DNA from: an uncultured delta proteobacterium
GTDB taxonomy: Bacteria; Desulfobacterota; RBG-13-43-22
Direction of reading: 5' to 3'
Assembly (NCBI GenBank): GCA_963802945.1
Contig: CAWDKY010000015.1
Location: forward strand, 1 to 64,000
Length of the DNA stretch: 64,000 nt
Both the position numbers and the translations under genes were made by a program. Shown here one piece after another: positions 50,855 through 59,796 of the stretch. Numbering within the stretch: position 1 is the stretch's first letter; each line of letters begins with the position of its first letter. Below the pieces are notes generated by a model. That model saw nothing but the letters and a program-made list of their open reading frames with translations. It did not search any database and was not told the origin of the DNA.

Positions 50855-51400
50855 ATGCTTAAGACCATTTCTAAAAATGCCTTTGAATATCCACTTTTTT
50901 TGTCGAAGCGACTTCAGGATAATGCCCCGAAAAATCTTTATTTTATCGGCAATCTCGACTTGCTTGAAAAGACCAAATTGGCCCTTTTCTGTTCGATCAA
51001 ATGCCCCGGTCAGAAGATTCTTAAGGCCTTTGACTTTGCCCGTAGCCTGCGGGACAGTCCAAAAGCCGTGATAAGCGGCTTTCATTCCCCGATAGAAAAG
51101 GAGTGTCTTCGAATTCTTCTGCGGGGACAGCAACCAATCATCATCTGCCTTGCTCGCTCATTGGAGAAGATGCGTCTGCCTGCCGAATGGAAGGAAGGGC
51201 TGGCAGAGGGTCAGCTGTTGATTCTCTCCCCCTTTCCTGTAGGGCAGCGCCGGTTCACCGTTGAACTGGCCCACCAGCGCAACCTCCTGGTAGCAGCATT
51301 ATCTGATGAAGTTTGCTTCATCCATTCTGATCCGGGTGGGAGGATTGAGGAATTAAGACACTTGGTTGAACAATGGAAGATACCTATAATAAGGATTTGA
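50855..51400 (+). CDS. Short DprA/Smf (SLOG)-like protein
   Basis: YP..L....AP..LYFIGN..LL...LALFCS..CPG, VISGFHSPIEK, LILSPF, A.QRN.LVAALSD. Confidence 0.72.
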   Translation: MLKTISKNAFEYPLFLSKRLQDNAPKNLYFIGNLDLLEKTKLALFCSIKCPGQKILKAFDFARSLRDSPKAVISGFHSPIEKECLRILLRGQQPIIICLARSLEKMRLPAEWKEGLAEGQLLILSPFPVGQRRFTVELAHQRNLLVAALSDEVCFIHSDPGGRIEELRHLVEQWKIPIIRI

Positions 51401-51556
51401 AGTCGGGGTACCCCTTACCTATTTAATTTTCCAAAGACAAAATTGGATCGGGTCAGGCTCAGAACCTTGCAGGTCATAGCTCATAGCTGATAGCTCAAAA
51501 GGTAAGGGAAAAACGTGTGCCGTACGCATTTAGATGCAAGGAGAAAGATGATCTAA

Positions 51557-52186
51557 TCATTTTGGAGGCCAAAGCCCTTCCCGCCTAACCCTTGTCTCAA
51601 TAACCAATGTCGAAACCCCAAATGGCTTACATAGAGTGGGGGAAATTCGGGATAGTACGGCATCGGGATCATTTTCCAAATATTGGCTTAATTTAATTTC
51701 TTCGATGATCTTCAAAACCTTATCAAATTCAGTTGTCAATTCCGGATATGGAACTAATAAGCGTCCGGCAAATTCATTGGCCTGCCATTCAAAACCGCTA
51801 TATTCCTTTTCCGGTACGTTTAGAATAAAGTCTCTCCATTCTTCCGGTGATTCAAAATCGAATGAAGAAAAAATATATTTATGTAGGAAAAAATGTCCCA
51901 GTTCATGGGCAAAAGAAAATCGCATACGATTAGAAAATTTTTCGTTTAAATAAAAATCGTAATCGACAACGATACCCTTCAAATCTCTCTTCAAATAGGC
52001 GTCCATATCAATTTCAGTAAACAGATTATGCTTAGGTTCGATATTAAGCTTCAATCTGAACTCAACGATTTTTTCAGTATTAACGGGCAAGGAAGCCTCA
52101 GACCAATACTTTTGCCGGACATCATCCGCCAATTTCCAAATTTCTTTTTTATCAATCCAACGACAACTGAATTCAGAGTAATCCAA
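51557..52186 (-). CDS. ImmA/IrrE family metallo-endopeptidase (DUF955)
   Basis: RMRFSFAHELGHFFLH, EWQANEFAGRLLVP, FGVS. Confidence 0.88.
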   Translation of the reverse strand: MDYSEFSCRWIDKKEIWKLADDVRQKYWSEASLPVNTEKIVEFRLKLNIEPKHNLFTEIDMDAYLKRDLKGIVVDYDFYLNEKFSNRMRFSFAHELGHFFLHKYIFSSFDFESPEEWRDFILNVPEKEYSGFEWQANEFAGRLLVPYPELTTEFDKVLKIIEEIKLSQYLENDPDAVLSRISPTLCKPFGVSTLVIETRVRREGLWPPK

Positions 52187-52188
52187 AA

Positions 52189-52551
52189 TCAGCCCTCCTT
52201 TCGGATTTTATTGATTAATTTATCCAATTCTTCGGGCGTAGGTTTCTCACTTCGGATAGTTCGAAAAAACATGGGCAGAGAATCTAATACCTGTCTGTCC
52301 GATAAAATATCGGCCGGAATTATCCCCGCATCGATGTTGGCCAAATCTTTCATTTCTTTCCATTGTTTCGATCCGAATTTAATACCCAGCGCCTGAGCTA
52401 TATTTCTTAACTTTTCATCATCCTGCGGAGGTGATAGTACTCCGCGTTCAACCTTGCTCCAATTGCTGGCATCCATTTCTGTTTGTTTGCAAAATTCTCT
52501 AAGGCCTAATCCCCTATCAATCCTCCTCTTTTTAATAAATTCACCAAACAT
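52189..52551 (-). CDS. XRE-family HTH transcriptional regulator
   Basis: FGEFIKKRR...LREF...DASNWSKVERG..PP; GGAGG RBS. Confidence 0.88.
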   Translation of the reverse strand: MFGEFIKKRRIDRGLGLREFCKQTEMDASNWSKVERGVLSPPQDDEKLRNIAQALGIKFGSKQWKEMKDLANIDAGIIPADILSDRQVLDSLPMFFRTIRSEKPTPEELDKLINKIRKEG

Positions 52552-52602
52552 TTTTCTCCTCCTTTTTGGTTAGCCCCAAATTGTTTTAATTGTTTTAAAA
52601 AG

Positions 52603-52642
52603 TGTGGTATTTCTATTACCATGTGGTAAAAATAATACCACA
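52603..52642. promoter_or_regulatory. Double palindromic operator upstream of the XRE gene
   Basis: TGTGGTATTTCTATTACCAT and TGTGGTAAAAATAATACCACA in tandem. Confidence 0.65.
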
Positions 52643-52952
52643 ATCAGGAAAAGTCAAGCTTTTTTTCGTATTAAACCGTCATGCCACCAGGGGTGTGGAA
52701 CTACCAATTATGTGGAAAACTAGTAATCCGGGAACATCATACTAATTTTTTGATCCTTAAGAATAAGGATTCGCCTGTTCCGGCAGGAGTCCATAATACA
52801 AGTTGAAGAGATCCGTATCTTCGAACTGCATTCTCGATTAATGAACCTTCACTTCCCCTGTTGTTTCCTGGCCTTTTTCCAAGACCCTTTTTTCTCCTTG
52901 ACCCTGTCTTTTTCTTGTCCCATACTCTTTTCAACTTCCAGGAGGATAGAGG

Positions 52953-53720
52953 ATGATTACGGCAGGGTTAGATATTGGTGCCAAGACTGTTAAGATTGTC
53001 ATTTTAAAAAATGATGACATTATAGGGCAGACTCTGGTTATGGCCGGATTTGATGTTCGGGAATCTTTAAAAAAGGCCTGGGAGGAAGTGTTGCCCAAGG
53101 CCAGGTTACAGATAAACCAGATTGACCGGATCGTGGCCACCGGGGCCGGCCGAAAAGCGGCTGATATGGCCCATGACCAGACCACCGAAGTGTCCGCCGG
53201 GGCCAAGGGGGCATTCTTTTTAAATAGCCAAGTCAGAACCGTAATCGATGTCGGGGCCGAGGAAGCCCGGGCGATAAAAATCAACGGCTCCGGCAAGGTA
53301 GTTGATTTTGCCATCAATGAAAAATGTGCCGCCGGTAGCGGGGCCTTTACCGAGGCCATGGCCCGGGCCCTGGAGGTTACCCTGGAAGAACTGGGTCCTT
53401 TATCTTTAAAAGCCACCCAGGCTGTGAATATGAATGCCCAGTGTGCTGTTTTTGCCGAATCGGAGTTGGTGTCTTTAGTTCATGCCAAAACCCCCAAAGC
53501 GGACATGGCCAGGGCGGTGCATGACGCCATAGCCGATCGGATCGTTTCCATGGTCCGAAGAGTGGGTATGCAAAAGGAGATTATGCTCATTGGAGGTCTG
53601 GCCAGGAATGTGGGATTTTTGGAGTCCCTGAAAAGGGAGTTGGAAACGGAAATCCTCATTCCGGAGAATCCAGAATTTGTAAGTGCCCTGGGGGCGGCCT
53701 TAATCGCCGCAGGCAAGTAA
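52953..53720 (+). CDS. ASKHA-type ATPase / acyl-CoA dehydratase activase (BzdP-like)
   Basis: GLDIGAKTVK, ATGAGR, IDVGAEE, NEKCAAGSG, AQCAVFAESE, GGLARN, GAAL. Confidence 0.8.
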   Translation: MITAGLDIGAKTVKIVILKNDDIIGQTLVMAGFDVRESLKKAWEEVLPKARLQINQIDRIVATGAGRKAADMAHDQTTEVSAGAKGAFFLNSQVRTVIDVGAEEARAIKINGSGKVVDFAINEKCAAGSGAFTEAMARALEVTLEELGPLSLKATQAVNMNAQCAVFAESELVSLVHAKTPKADMARAVHDAIADRIVSMVRRVGMQKEIMLIGGLARNVGFLESLKRELETEILIPENPEFVSALGAALIAAGK

Positions 53721-53832
53721 GTATAGGGTTAGGAGTTCAGAGTTCAGAGTAATTAGTTCGAATGCAGAAGGGTCGAATGATGGTTTTTCTCAGAACTCCG
53801 AACTAATCTTAAAAGGCACGAGAGAATGATGT

Positions 53833-54696
53833 ATGGCTGAAGAATTTTGGAGATGGACGGAATCCCGATGGACTGCACTGGATAAAGATTGGAAATCGGC
53901 CAAGGCCATAACTGCCGGAGTAGATGTCGGCTCGGTAAGTTCTCAGGCTGTTATTATGACCGACGGGCAGTTATATGCCTACAGCAATATGAGGACCGGT
54001 TCGGACAGTCCCAACAGCGCCATTAAGGCCATGAACTGGGCAATGGAAGGAACCGGGCTGACCTTGGAAAAAATCCAATATACCGTCGGTACCGGCTACG
54101 GCCGGGTTAACGTCCCTTTTTCCCAGCGGGCCATCACCGAGATTGCCTGTCATGGCCGGGGAGCCAATTTTATGTATGGCCCGACTGTACGCACGGTTTT
54201 GGATATGGGAGGACAGGATTGCAAGGCCATTCGCATCGATGAAAAGGGAAAGGTGACCAATTTTTTAATGAACGATAAATGTGCAGCCGGGACCGGCCGG
54301 GGCATGGAGGTCTTTGCCGATCTGTTGGGAGTTTCGGTCAATGAGATCGGAGAACTTTCCTTGAAAGTGGAAGAAGAACCTACCCCGGTGAGCAGTACCT
54401 GTGTGGTTTTTGCCAAGTCCGAGGCCTCGGGATTATTGAGAGAAGGTTGGCCCAAGGAGAAGGTCATTGCCGCTTACAGTTCGGCCATGGCCCATCGGGT
54501 AGTCACCCTGCTGCAACGGATCGGTGTGGAGCCGGACTTTGCCATCACCGGAGGGATTGCTAAAAATATCGGGGTGGTTTTAAGGCTGGAAAAGGAATTG
54601 AAGATCAAGGCCCTGACGCCAAAATATGATACCCAGATCGCCGGTGCGGTCGGGGCCGCCCTGTTCGCCAGGGAGTTGGTGGAAAAGGAAAAATAA
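53833..54696 (+). CDS. bzdQ: Class I (bzd-type) benzoyl-CoA reductase ATPase subunit Q
   Basis: N-terminal EFWRW.E..W extension, GVDVGSVSSQAV, GTGYGRVNVPF, TEIACH, DMGGQDCK, MNDKCAAGTGRGME, SSTCVVFAKSEA. Confidence 0.72.
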   Translation: MAEEFWRWTESRWTALDKDWKSAKAITAGVDVGSVSSQAVIMTDGQLYAYSNMRTGSDSPNSAIKAMNWAMEGTGLTLEKIQYTVGTGYGRVNVPFSQRAITEIACHGRGANFMYGPTVRTVLDMGGQDCKAIRIDEKGKVTNFLMNDKCAAGTGRGMEVFADLLGVSVNEIGELSLKVEEEPTPVSSTCVVFAKSEASGLLREGWPKEKVIAAYSSAMAHRVVTLLQRIGVEPDFAITGGIAKNIGVVLRLEKELKIKALTPKYDTQIAGAVGAALFARELVEKEK

Positions 54697-54881
54697 TAAA
54701 GAAAAGGTGTAAGGCGCAAGGTTTGAGGTCCAAGGTAAAATCTTACACCTTAAATCGTAACCATAAGCCGGTCATCTGGTGCAAAGTATAAGGGAAGGTC
54801 TGTTAAGGAACTGATCCAAAGGTTTCCTTTTGACCTTACACCTCATACCTTGAACCTTGGACCTTACACCCAGGGTTTATT

Positions 54882-55172
54882 ATGATTGCCAATTTCGGAT
54901 ACAAGGACGGTTCCGGAGATTTTTTTATCAGTATCGATACGGATAAATGCAATGGTTGCGGAGACTGTGTCCCGGCCTGTCCGGCAGACATCTTTGAGGT
55001 TCGGGACGAGGACCCCAATGACCCTTTCCGGGAAATACCGGTTGTAGCCATAAAGGAATCGGATCGAAAAAAAATCAAATATGCCTGCGGCCCGTGCAAA
55101 CCGGTTTCGGATCGCCCTCCTCTGACTTGTGTGGGGGCCTGTAAGGCAGGGGCCATCGCCCATTCGTGGTAA
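54882..55172 (+). CDS. 4Fe-4S ferredoxin associated with bzd-type genes
   Basis: MIANFGYKDGSG, DTDKCNGCGDCVPACP, CGPCKP, CVGAC..GAI.HSW. Confidence 0.75.
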   Translation: MIANFGYKDGSGDFFISIDTDKCNGCGDCVPACPADIFEVRDEDPNDPFREIPVVAIKESDRKKIKYACGPCKPVSDRPPLTCVGACKAGAIAHSW

Positions 55173-55249
55173 TAAAGTTTGGAGTTTAGAGTTCGGAGAA
55201 AAACAAAGTATTTAAGGAAAGCCGTGCACCCTGGGCCACAGGAATTTTT

Positions 55250-55465
55250 ATGAACCGACAGGATCAATTAACAGCCGAAGGCTGGATTAAACAATTCACC
55301 ACCGACGAGCCGCGGTTGTCCGAGGCGGTGGAAGAATATAAAGAACTGGGATTCGAGGTCTTACTTGAACCGATAGATCCACAGGAATTGTCCGGGGAAT
55401 GCACATCCTGCCTTATGGCATCATGCGACCGCCACAAAACTATTTACACCCGTCGAACGAAATAA
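55250..55465 (+). CDS. Small hypothetical protein with CxxC motif
   Basis: EGW.KQF..DEPRLSEAVE.Y.ELGFEV.LEP...ECTSC...KTIYTR; follows the ferredoxin gene. Confidence 0.65.
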   Translation: MNRQDQLTAEGWIKQFTTDEPRLSEAVEEYKELGFEVLLEPIDPQELSGECTSCLMASCDRHKTIYTRRTK

Positions 55466-55531
55466 GACCTGGCTCTTCCAACCCTTTAAAAATTTTACGA
55501 TTGTCGATTCCTTGTCTGGTTCAAGCAAAGA

Positions 55532-57079
55532 TCAGGGAATCACTTCCATCCCCTTCCAGGCATCAAGCTCTTCGCGGGCCGGATCGTTTTCTACATAACA
55601 GGGCGTATCAAATATCATAGTCGCCCGGTCTTTAAGGGAATAGGCCGGCCAATTCGGCATTCCCGGATAGTTGGGGTCTCCCTGGCGGGCAAAGGCCGCC
55701 CAGCTACGGCTCATAATCGCAGCCAGTTCATTCCGGTCCGGTTTTGAACCGGTCAGCGGTAAGACGTCCACATTATCAAACACGAATGGAATTTCCAGGG
55801 CATGGCAGGCATTGAAAAGATAGCCCTTATAATCGGATTCCCATCGGAATAGGTACATAAAGACCGGGGCTGTGCCGGCGGCCAGTTTGTTTTCCGCCAG
55901 CCGGATGCATCCCAACCTTCGATCCTCGCTCAAGATGCCGACATACAGATCCCAGGGGGTGGCTTTGGGCCGCGTTTTCTGATAGGTGGCAATGAGGTGG
56001 TCTGCCTTTTCACCAAAGGCCGCGGTCAGCCGTTCGCGCAGTTCCTGTTCGGTAAGGCGGCGACGTCTGGGGTCTATAGCCACGAACAAGGCCGCTTCAT
56101 CCCGGTTTGAGCCGATAATGAGCGGAACGTCGTTAAGGGACGGCGAGACCACAGGATCGAAGGGATGGGCAGGTAGATAAAGACCGTCCCTAACAGGGGC
56201 CAACAGCAATATCGGACCGGCGATTTCACTGATTATTTTAGAAGCACCTGCTGGTGCAGGCAACTTGAGTACGGCATTCAACACTTGCTGGGCCGGCAGT
56301 TCCTGCATTTTTTTTATCTCGTCAGTCTTGATGCCTAATAGGGCCAGTAAACGCTCGGCCAATTCGGTGGCCACCTTGGGATCCCGCCCACGCAACCCCG
56401 GGCTGCTCTGGATGATGGCCCGATGGAACAGGCCTTTGGCCGAGGGCATGGTCATCAACAGGCTGACCTTCCTGCCACCGCCGGACTCTCCGAATATGGT
56501 CACATTCTGAGGGTCGCCACCAAAGGCGGCGATATTGTCTCTGACCCACTGAAGGGCCAGTACGATATCCAGCATCCCGGCCATCCCTGAGGCAGCGAAC
56601 TCTTCCCCGGCGATTTCTGCCAGATATAAATAACCAAAAGCGTTCAGCCGGTGGTTAATGGTAACCACAACCACATCATTCCCTTTGGCCAGGGCTGTAC
56701 CATGATAGAGCGACTCGGAACCGGCTCCGCTGGCAAAACCCCCTCCGTGGAGCCAAACCATTACCGGTCGTTTTCCGCCGTCGCCTGCAGCCGGCGTCCA
56801 AACATTCAGGACTAAACAATCTTCACTCACAGAAAATATCTGGTTTTCTCCCAGGCCATCGTTCTGCGGCGGATTTACCAATCTTCCGAACTGTGGGCAA
56901 ATCGGTCCGAAGGATGTGGTATCCCGCACACCCGCCCATGGTGTAGCCGGCAGCGGCGCCTTGAATCGGCGCTTGCCGCCGGTAGGTGCGCCGTAGGGTA
57001 TCCCCTTAAAAGACAGGATATCCTGTTCCATCGCCCCGCGGACTTTTCCGCTGGTAGTCCCCACAATAATTTCGCTCAT
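55532..57079 (-). CDS. Type B carboxylesterase (PnbA-like)
   Basis: [43 protein letters not shown]. Confidence 0.92.
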   Translation of the reverse strand: MSEIIVGTTSGKVRGAMEQDILSFKGIPYGAPTGGKRRFKAPLPATPWAGVRDTTSFGPICPQFGRLVNPPQNDGLGENQIFSVSEDCLVLNVWTPAAGDGGKRPVMVWLHGGGFASGAGSESLYHGTALAKGNDVVVVTINHRLNAFGYLYLAEIAGEEFAASGMAGMLDIVLALQWVRDNIAAFGGDPQNVTIFGESGGGRKVSLLMTMPSAKGLFHRAIIQSSPGLRGRDPKVATELAERLLALLGIKTDEIKKMQELPAQQVLNAVLKLPAPAGASKIISEIAGPILLLAPVRDGLYLPAHPFDPVVSPSLNDVPLIIGSNRDEAALFVAIDPRRRRLTEQELRERLTAAFGEKADHLIATYQKTRPKATPWDLYVGILSEDRRLGCIRLAENKLAAGTAPVFMYLFRWESDYKGYLFNACHALEIPFVFDNVDVLPLTGSKPDRNELAAIMSRSWAAFARQGDPNYPGMPNWPAYSLKDRATMIFDTPCYVENDPAREELDAWKGMEVIP

Positions 57080-57398
57080 AGTCCGATCCTTCTTGAATTG
57101 GTCTAAGACTATTATGAGATCCTTGAGTATGTCAAATTTTTTTTATCTGGCTTTATTGGTCGGGTAATAAGCGGTACTTTCGATATGTTAACAGAAGCCT
57201 CAAGGGAAAAAGGAAGAAAAACAGAAAATGATGATCTACAATTTTTTTTTGACCAAGCCCCCGGGAAAGGTTATGATAAGATAATGACGAGACAGATAGG
57301 CCTTTTTGTTCGACCCACATCCTGTCTCACTCCCACCCCTTCGGGGCGGGACCCAGTTTCAGCAACCTGCTAATTTCATAGAAAGGGGTTATTTATTT

Positions 57399-58349
57399 AT
57401 GGCTAAAGTCAATACTGTTCTTGGACCAATAGATACCGGAGACCTGGGATTCACCCTGATGCACGAACACCTGCTCTGCGCCTTTCCTAATGCCGTCACC
57501 GAATACCCGGACATACTCGTGCCGAATGTTCTGGAATATGTCGTGGCCAAATTGAAACGGGCCAAGGCCGGCGGGGTAAATACGGTGGTGGATATGACCA
57601 CGCTCGATCTCGGCCGGGATATCAACTTTATCAAGGAAGCATCCAAACAAAGCGGCGTCAATATCATTGCCTGCACAGGCTGGTGGCTGGATGTCCCACG
57701 TTTCGTCAGCGGGATCATGGGCAGCGTCACCGCTGCCCAGATGGCGGAATCGTTTGTGCGTGAGATTGACAAAGGGATCGGGGACTCGGGTATCAAACCG
57801 GGCGTGCTGAAATCGGCCAGCGATGTCGGCGGTGTGACTCCGCCGCAGGAGATGGCCCTTCGGGCGGTGGCCAAGGCGCATCTTAAAACCGGTGTACCTA
57901 TCGTTATTCATTCCTATCATCCGGGGCAGGTCGCTAAAGAGCAGATCAATATTCTCAAGGATGAAGGGGTCAACCTCAAGAACGTCAAGGTCGACCACTG
58001 CAACGACACAACGGATGTGGAATATCTGGAGTGGATTTTGAAACAGGGGTGTTACCTGGGCCTGGACCGTTATCCGGGGCGCATGGTCAGCCCCAGGTCA
58101 CGCACAAAGACATTGAAGGCGCTGATTGATGACGGTTATATCGACAGGCTCTGCCCTTCCCATGATTGTATCCTGTCTTATGTTCTGCCCGCCGGAATGA
58201 CGACAGAACAGTACGAGGTCTTAAATCCCCACCGCTATCTCTACCTAACGAATGTGGTCTTCCCCTGGTTGAAGGAGATGGGTGTGTCGGAGGCTAAGAT
58301 CAACCAGCTCTGTGTTGTTGGACCCAGGAATTTCTTAGAAGGGAAATAA
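57399..58349 (+). CDS. Phosphotriesterase-like amidohydrolase
   Basis: VNTVLGPI...LG.TLMHEH, T..DLGRD, LK, IH, DH, LGLDR, SHD. Confidence 0.88.
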   Translation: MAKVNTVLGPIDTGDLGFTLMHEHLLCAFPNAVTEYPDILVPNVLEYVVAKLKRAKAGGVNTVVDMTTLDLGRDINFIKEASKQSGVNIIACTGWWLDVPRFVSGIMGSVTAAQMAESFVREIDKGIGDSGIKPGVLKSASDVGGVTPPQEMALRAVAKAHLKTGVPIVIHSYHPGQVAKEQINILKDEGVNLKNVKVDHCNDTTDVEYLEWILKQGCYLGLDRYPGRMVSPRSRTKTLKALIDDGYIDRLCPSHDCILSYVLPAGMTTEQYEVLNPHRYLYLTNVVFPWLKEMGVSEAKINQLCVVGPRNFLEGK

Positions 58350-58351
58350 AA

Positions 58352-59464
58352 ATGGACTCGAAAGTATTTGAACCGATAAAGATAAATAATTTAGAATTAA
58401 AAAACCGAGTGATGCGTTCAGCGACCTGGGACGGCTCAGCGGATGAAGACGGTGGAGTGACGGATGATTCCTTCAAAAGATATCAAGAGCTGGGCCGGGG
58501 AGATATCGGCCTCATTGTCACCGGATACGCCTTTGTTTCTCACCCGCTGGGGCAGGCCAACCCTGGCCAGTACGGCATTTACAGCGACAGTCTCATCCCC
58601 GGATGGAAACGACTGGTCAAAGCCGTTCACCAGGCCGGTAAAAGTAAAATCGCCATGCAGATTGTCCATGCAGGAATCAATTCCCGTTATCTGGTCCAGA
58701 GAGGCTATAACCTGCTTGCGGTGTCAAAAATGCCGGAATTAAAACGCCCACACCATGAGATGACCGATGAAGAGATCACAAAGATAATCGATGATTTTGC
58801 CAAAGCGGCAATTAGGGTAAGGGAAGCCGGGTTTGATGCCGTCCAGTTGCACGGCGCCCACGGCTACCTGATGAGCCAGCTCGTCTCGCCGATTTACAAC
58901 CGAAGGACAGACCGCTGGGGTGGAAGCCCTGGAAAACGGCGTCGATTTCATATTGAAATTATCCGTAGAATTCGGAAAACCGTGGGGGATGATTTTCCGT
59001 TGATGATTAAGTTTGGTGCCCGGGATGACTATAAAGGGGGGATGCCTTTATCCGAGGGGCTGGCGACTTGCGGGCAAATGGAGAAGGCGGGGATCGACAG
59101 CATCGAAGTCAGCATCGGGGTGGGTGCAGGATCGGCGGTACTTACCAAGGGTAAACTGGATAAGGTCATTTTCCGAGAGAATGCGGCGGCGGTTAAAAAA
59201 GCGGTGAAGGTGCCGGTGGCGGTGGTGAGCGGCATTCGCAGTTTTCAAATGGCTGAGGATATTATCACCAGTAACGATGCGGATATGGTCTCCCTGTGCC
59301 GCCCGTTTATCCGCGAGCCGCACCTGATTTCCCGCTGGCTGAAGGGAGATACCCGTTCGGCCGCCTGTATCTCCTGTAACAGATGTTTCCCGATCTTAAG
59401 GCGGGGGGAACCGTTGGAGTGTGGCGAAGAGAGAAGGCTAAGAAGAAAAGGAAAGCGGCCCTAA
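58352..59464 (+). CDS. NADH:flavin oxidoreductase (old yellow enzyme family)
   Basis: LKNRVMRSAT, QIVHAG, AGFDAVQLHGAHGYL, NRRTDRWGGS, RPFIREP, CISCNRC. Confidence 0.9.
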   Translation: MDSKVFEPIKINNLELKNRVMRSATWDGSADEDGGVTDDSFKRYQELGRGDIGLIVTGYAFVSHPLGQANPGQYGIYSDSLIPGWKRLVKAVHQAGKSKIAMQIVHAGINSRYLVQRGYNLLAVSKMPELKRPHHEMTDEEITKIIDDFAKAAIRVREAGFDAVQLHGAHGYLMSQLVSPIYNRRTDRWGGSPGKRRRFHIEIIRRIRKTVGDDFPLMIKFGARDDYKGGMPLSEGLATCGQMEKAGIDSIEVSIGVGAGSAVLTKGKLDKVIFRENAAAVKKAVKVPVAVVSGIRSFQMAEDIITSNDADMVSLCRPFIREPHLISRWLKGDTRSAACISCNRCFPILRRGEPLECGEERRLRRKGKRP

Positions 59465-59796
59465 TCCGATATCCAAACAAAATAGCTTAATGGAATAAGC
59501 GTTCCTGTGCCTCATGCCGACCCCCTCTGTCCCCTTGCTTTCCGCTCTGCTTTTCTCCTTGACGGTTTTTTCCCCTTGTTTTATAATTTTAGCATCAAAA
59601 AGGAATTTCTTATCAAAAAGCGGTCGAAATGACAGATGAAGCACGATGGCAGTAAGCAATTTTTATCGAGACCTTCGGTGAATGATAATATCTCTCGCCC
59701 TAAAAAGGCGCTAGCCAAGTCGCTCTTGAATTGCTTGATTCATGATATCCTTGTCCGGACCCATTTTTGTGGGTACTCTCCCATCGGGATCGCGAT

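Noticed and set aside
50718-51071. Track ORF of 117 aa overlapping RNA 2 and the DprA-like gene
   Set aside because: No RBS or recognisable motif, and it overlaps better-supported features.
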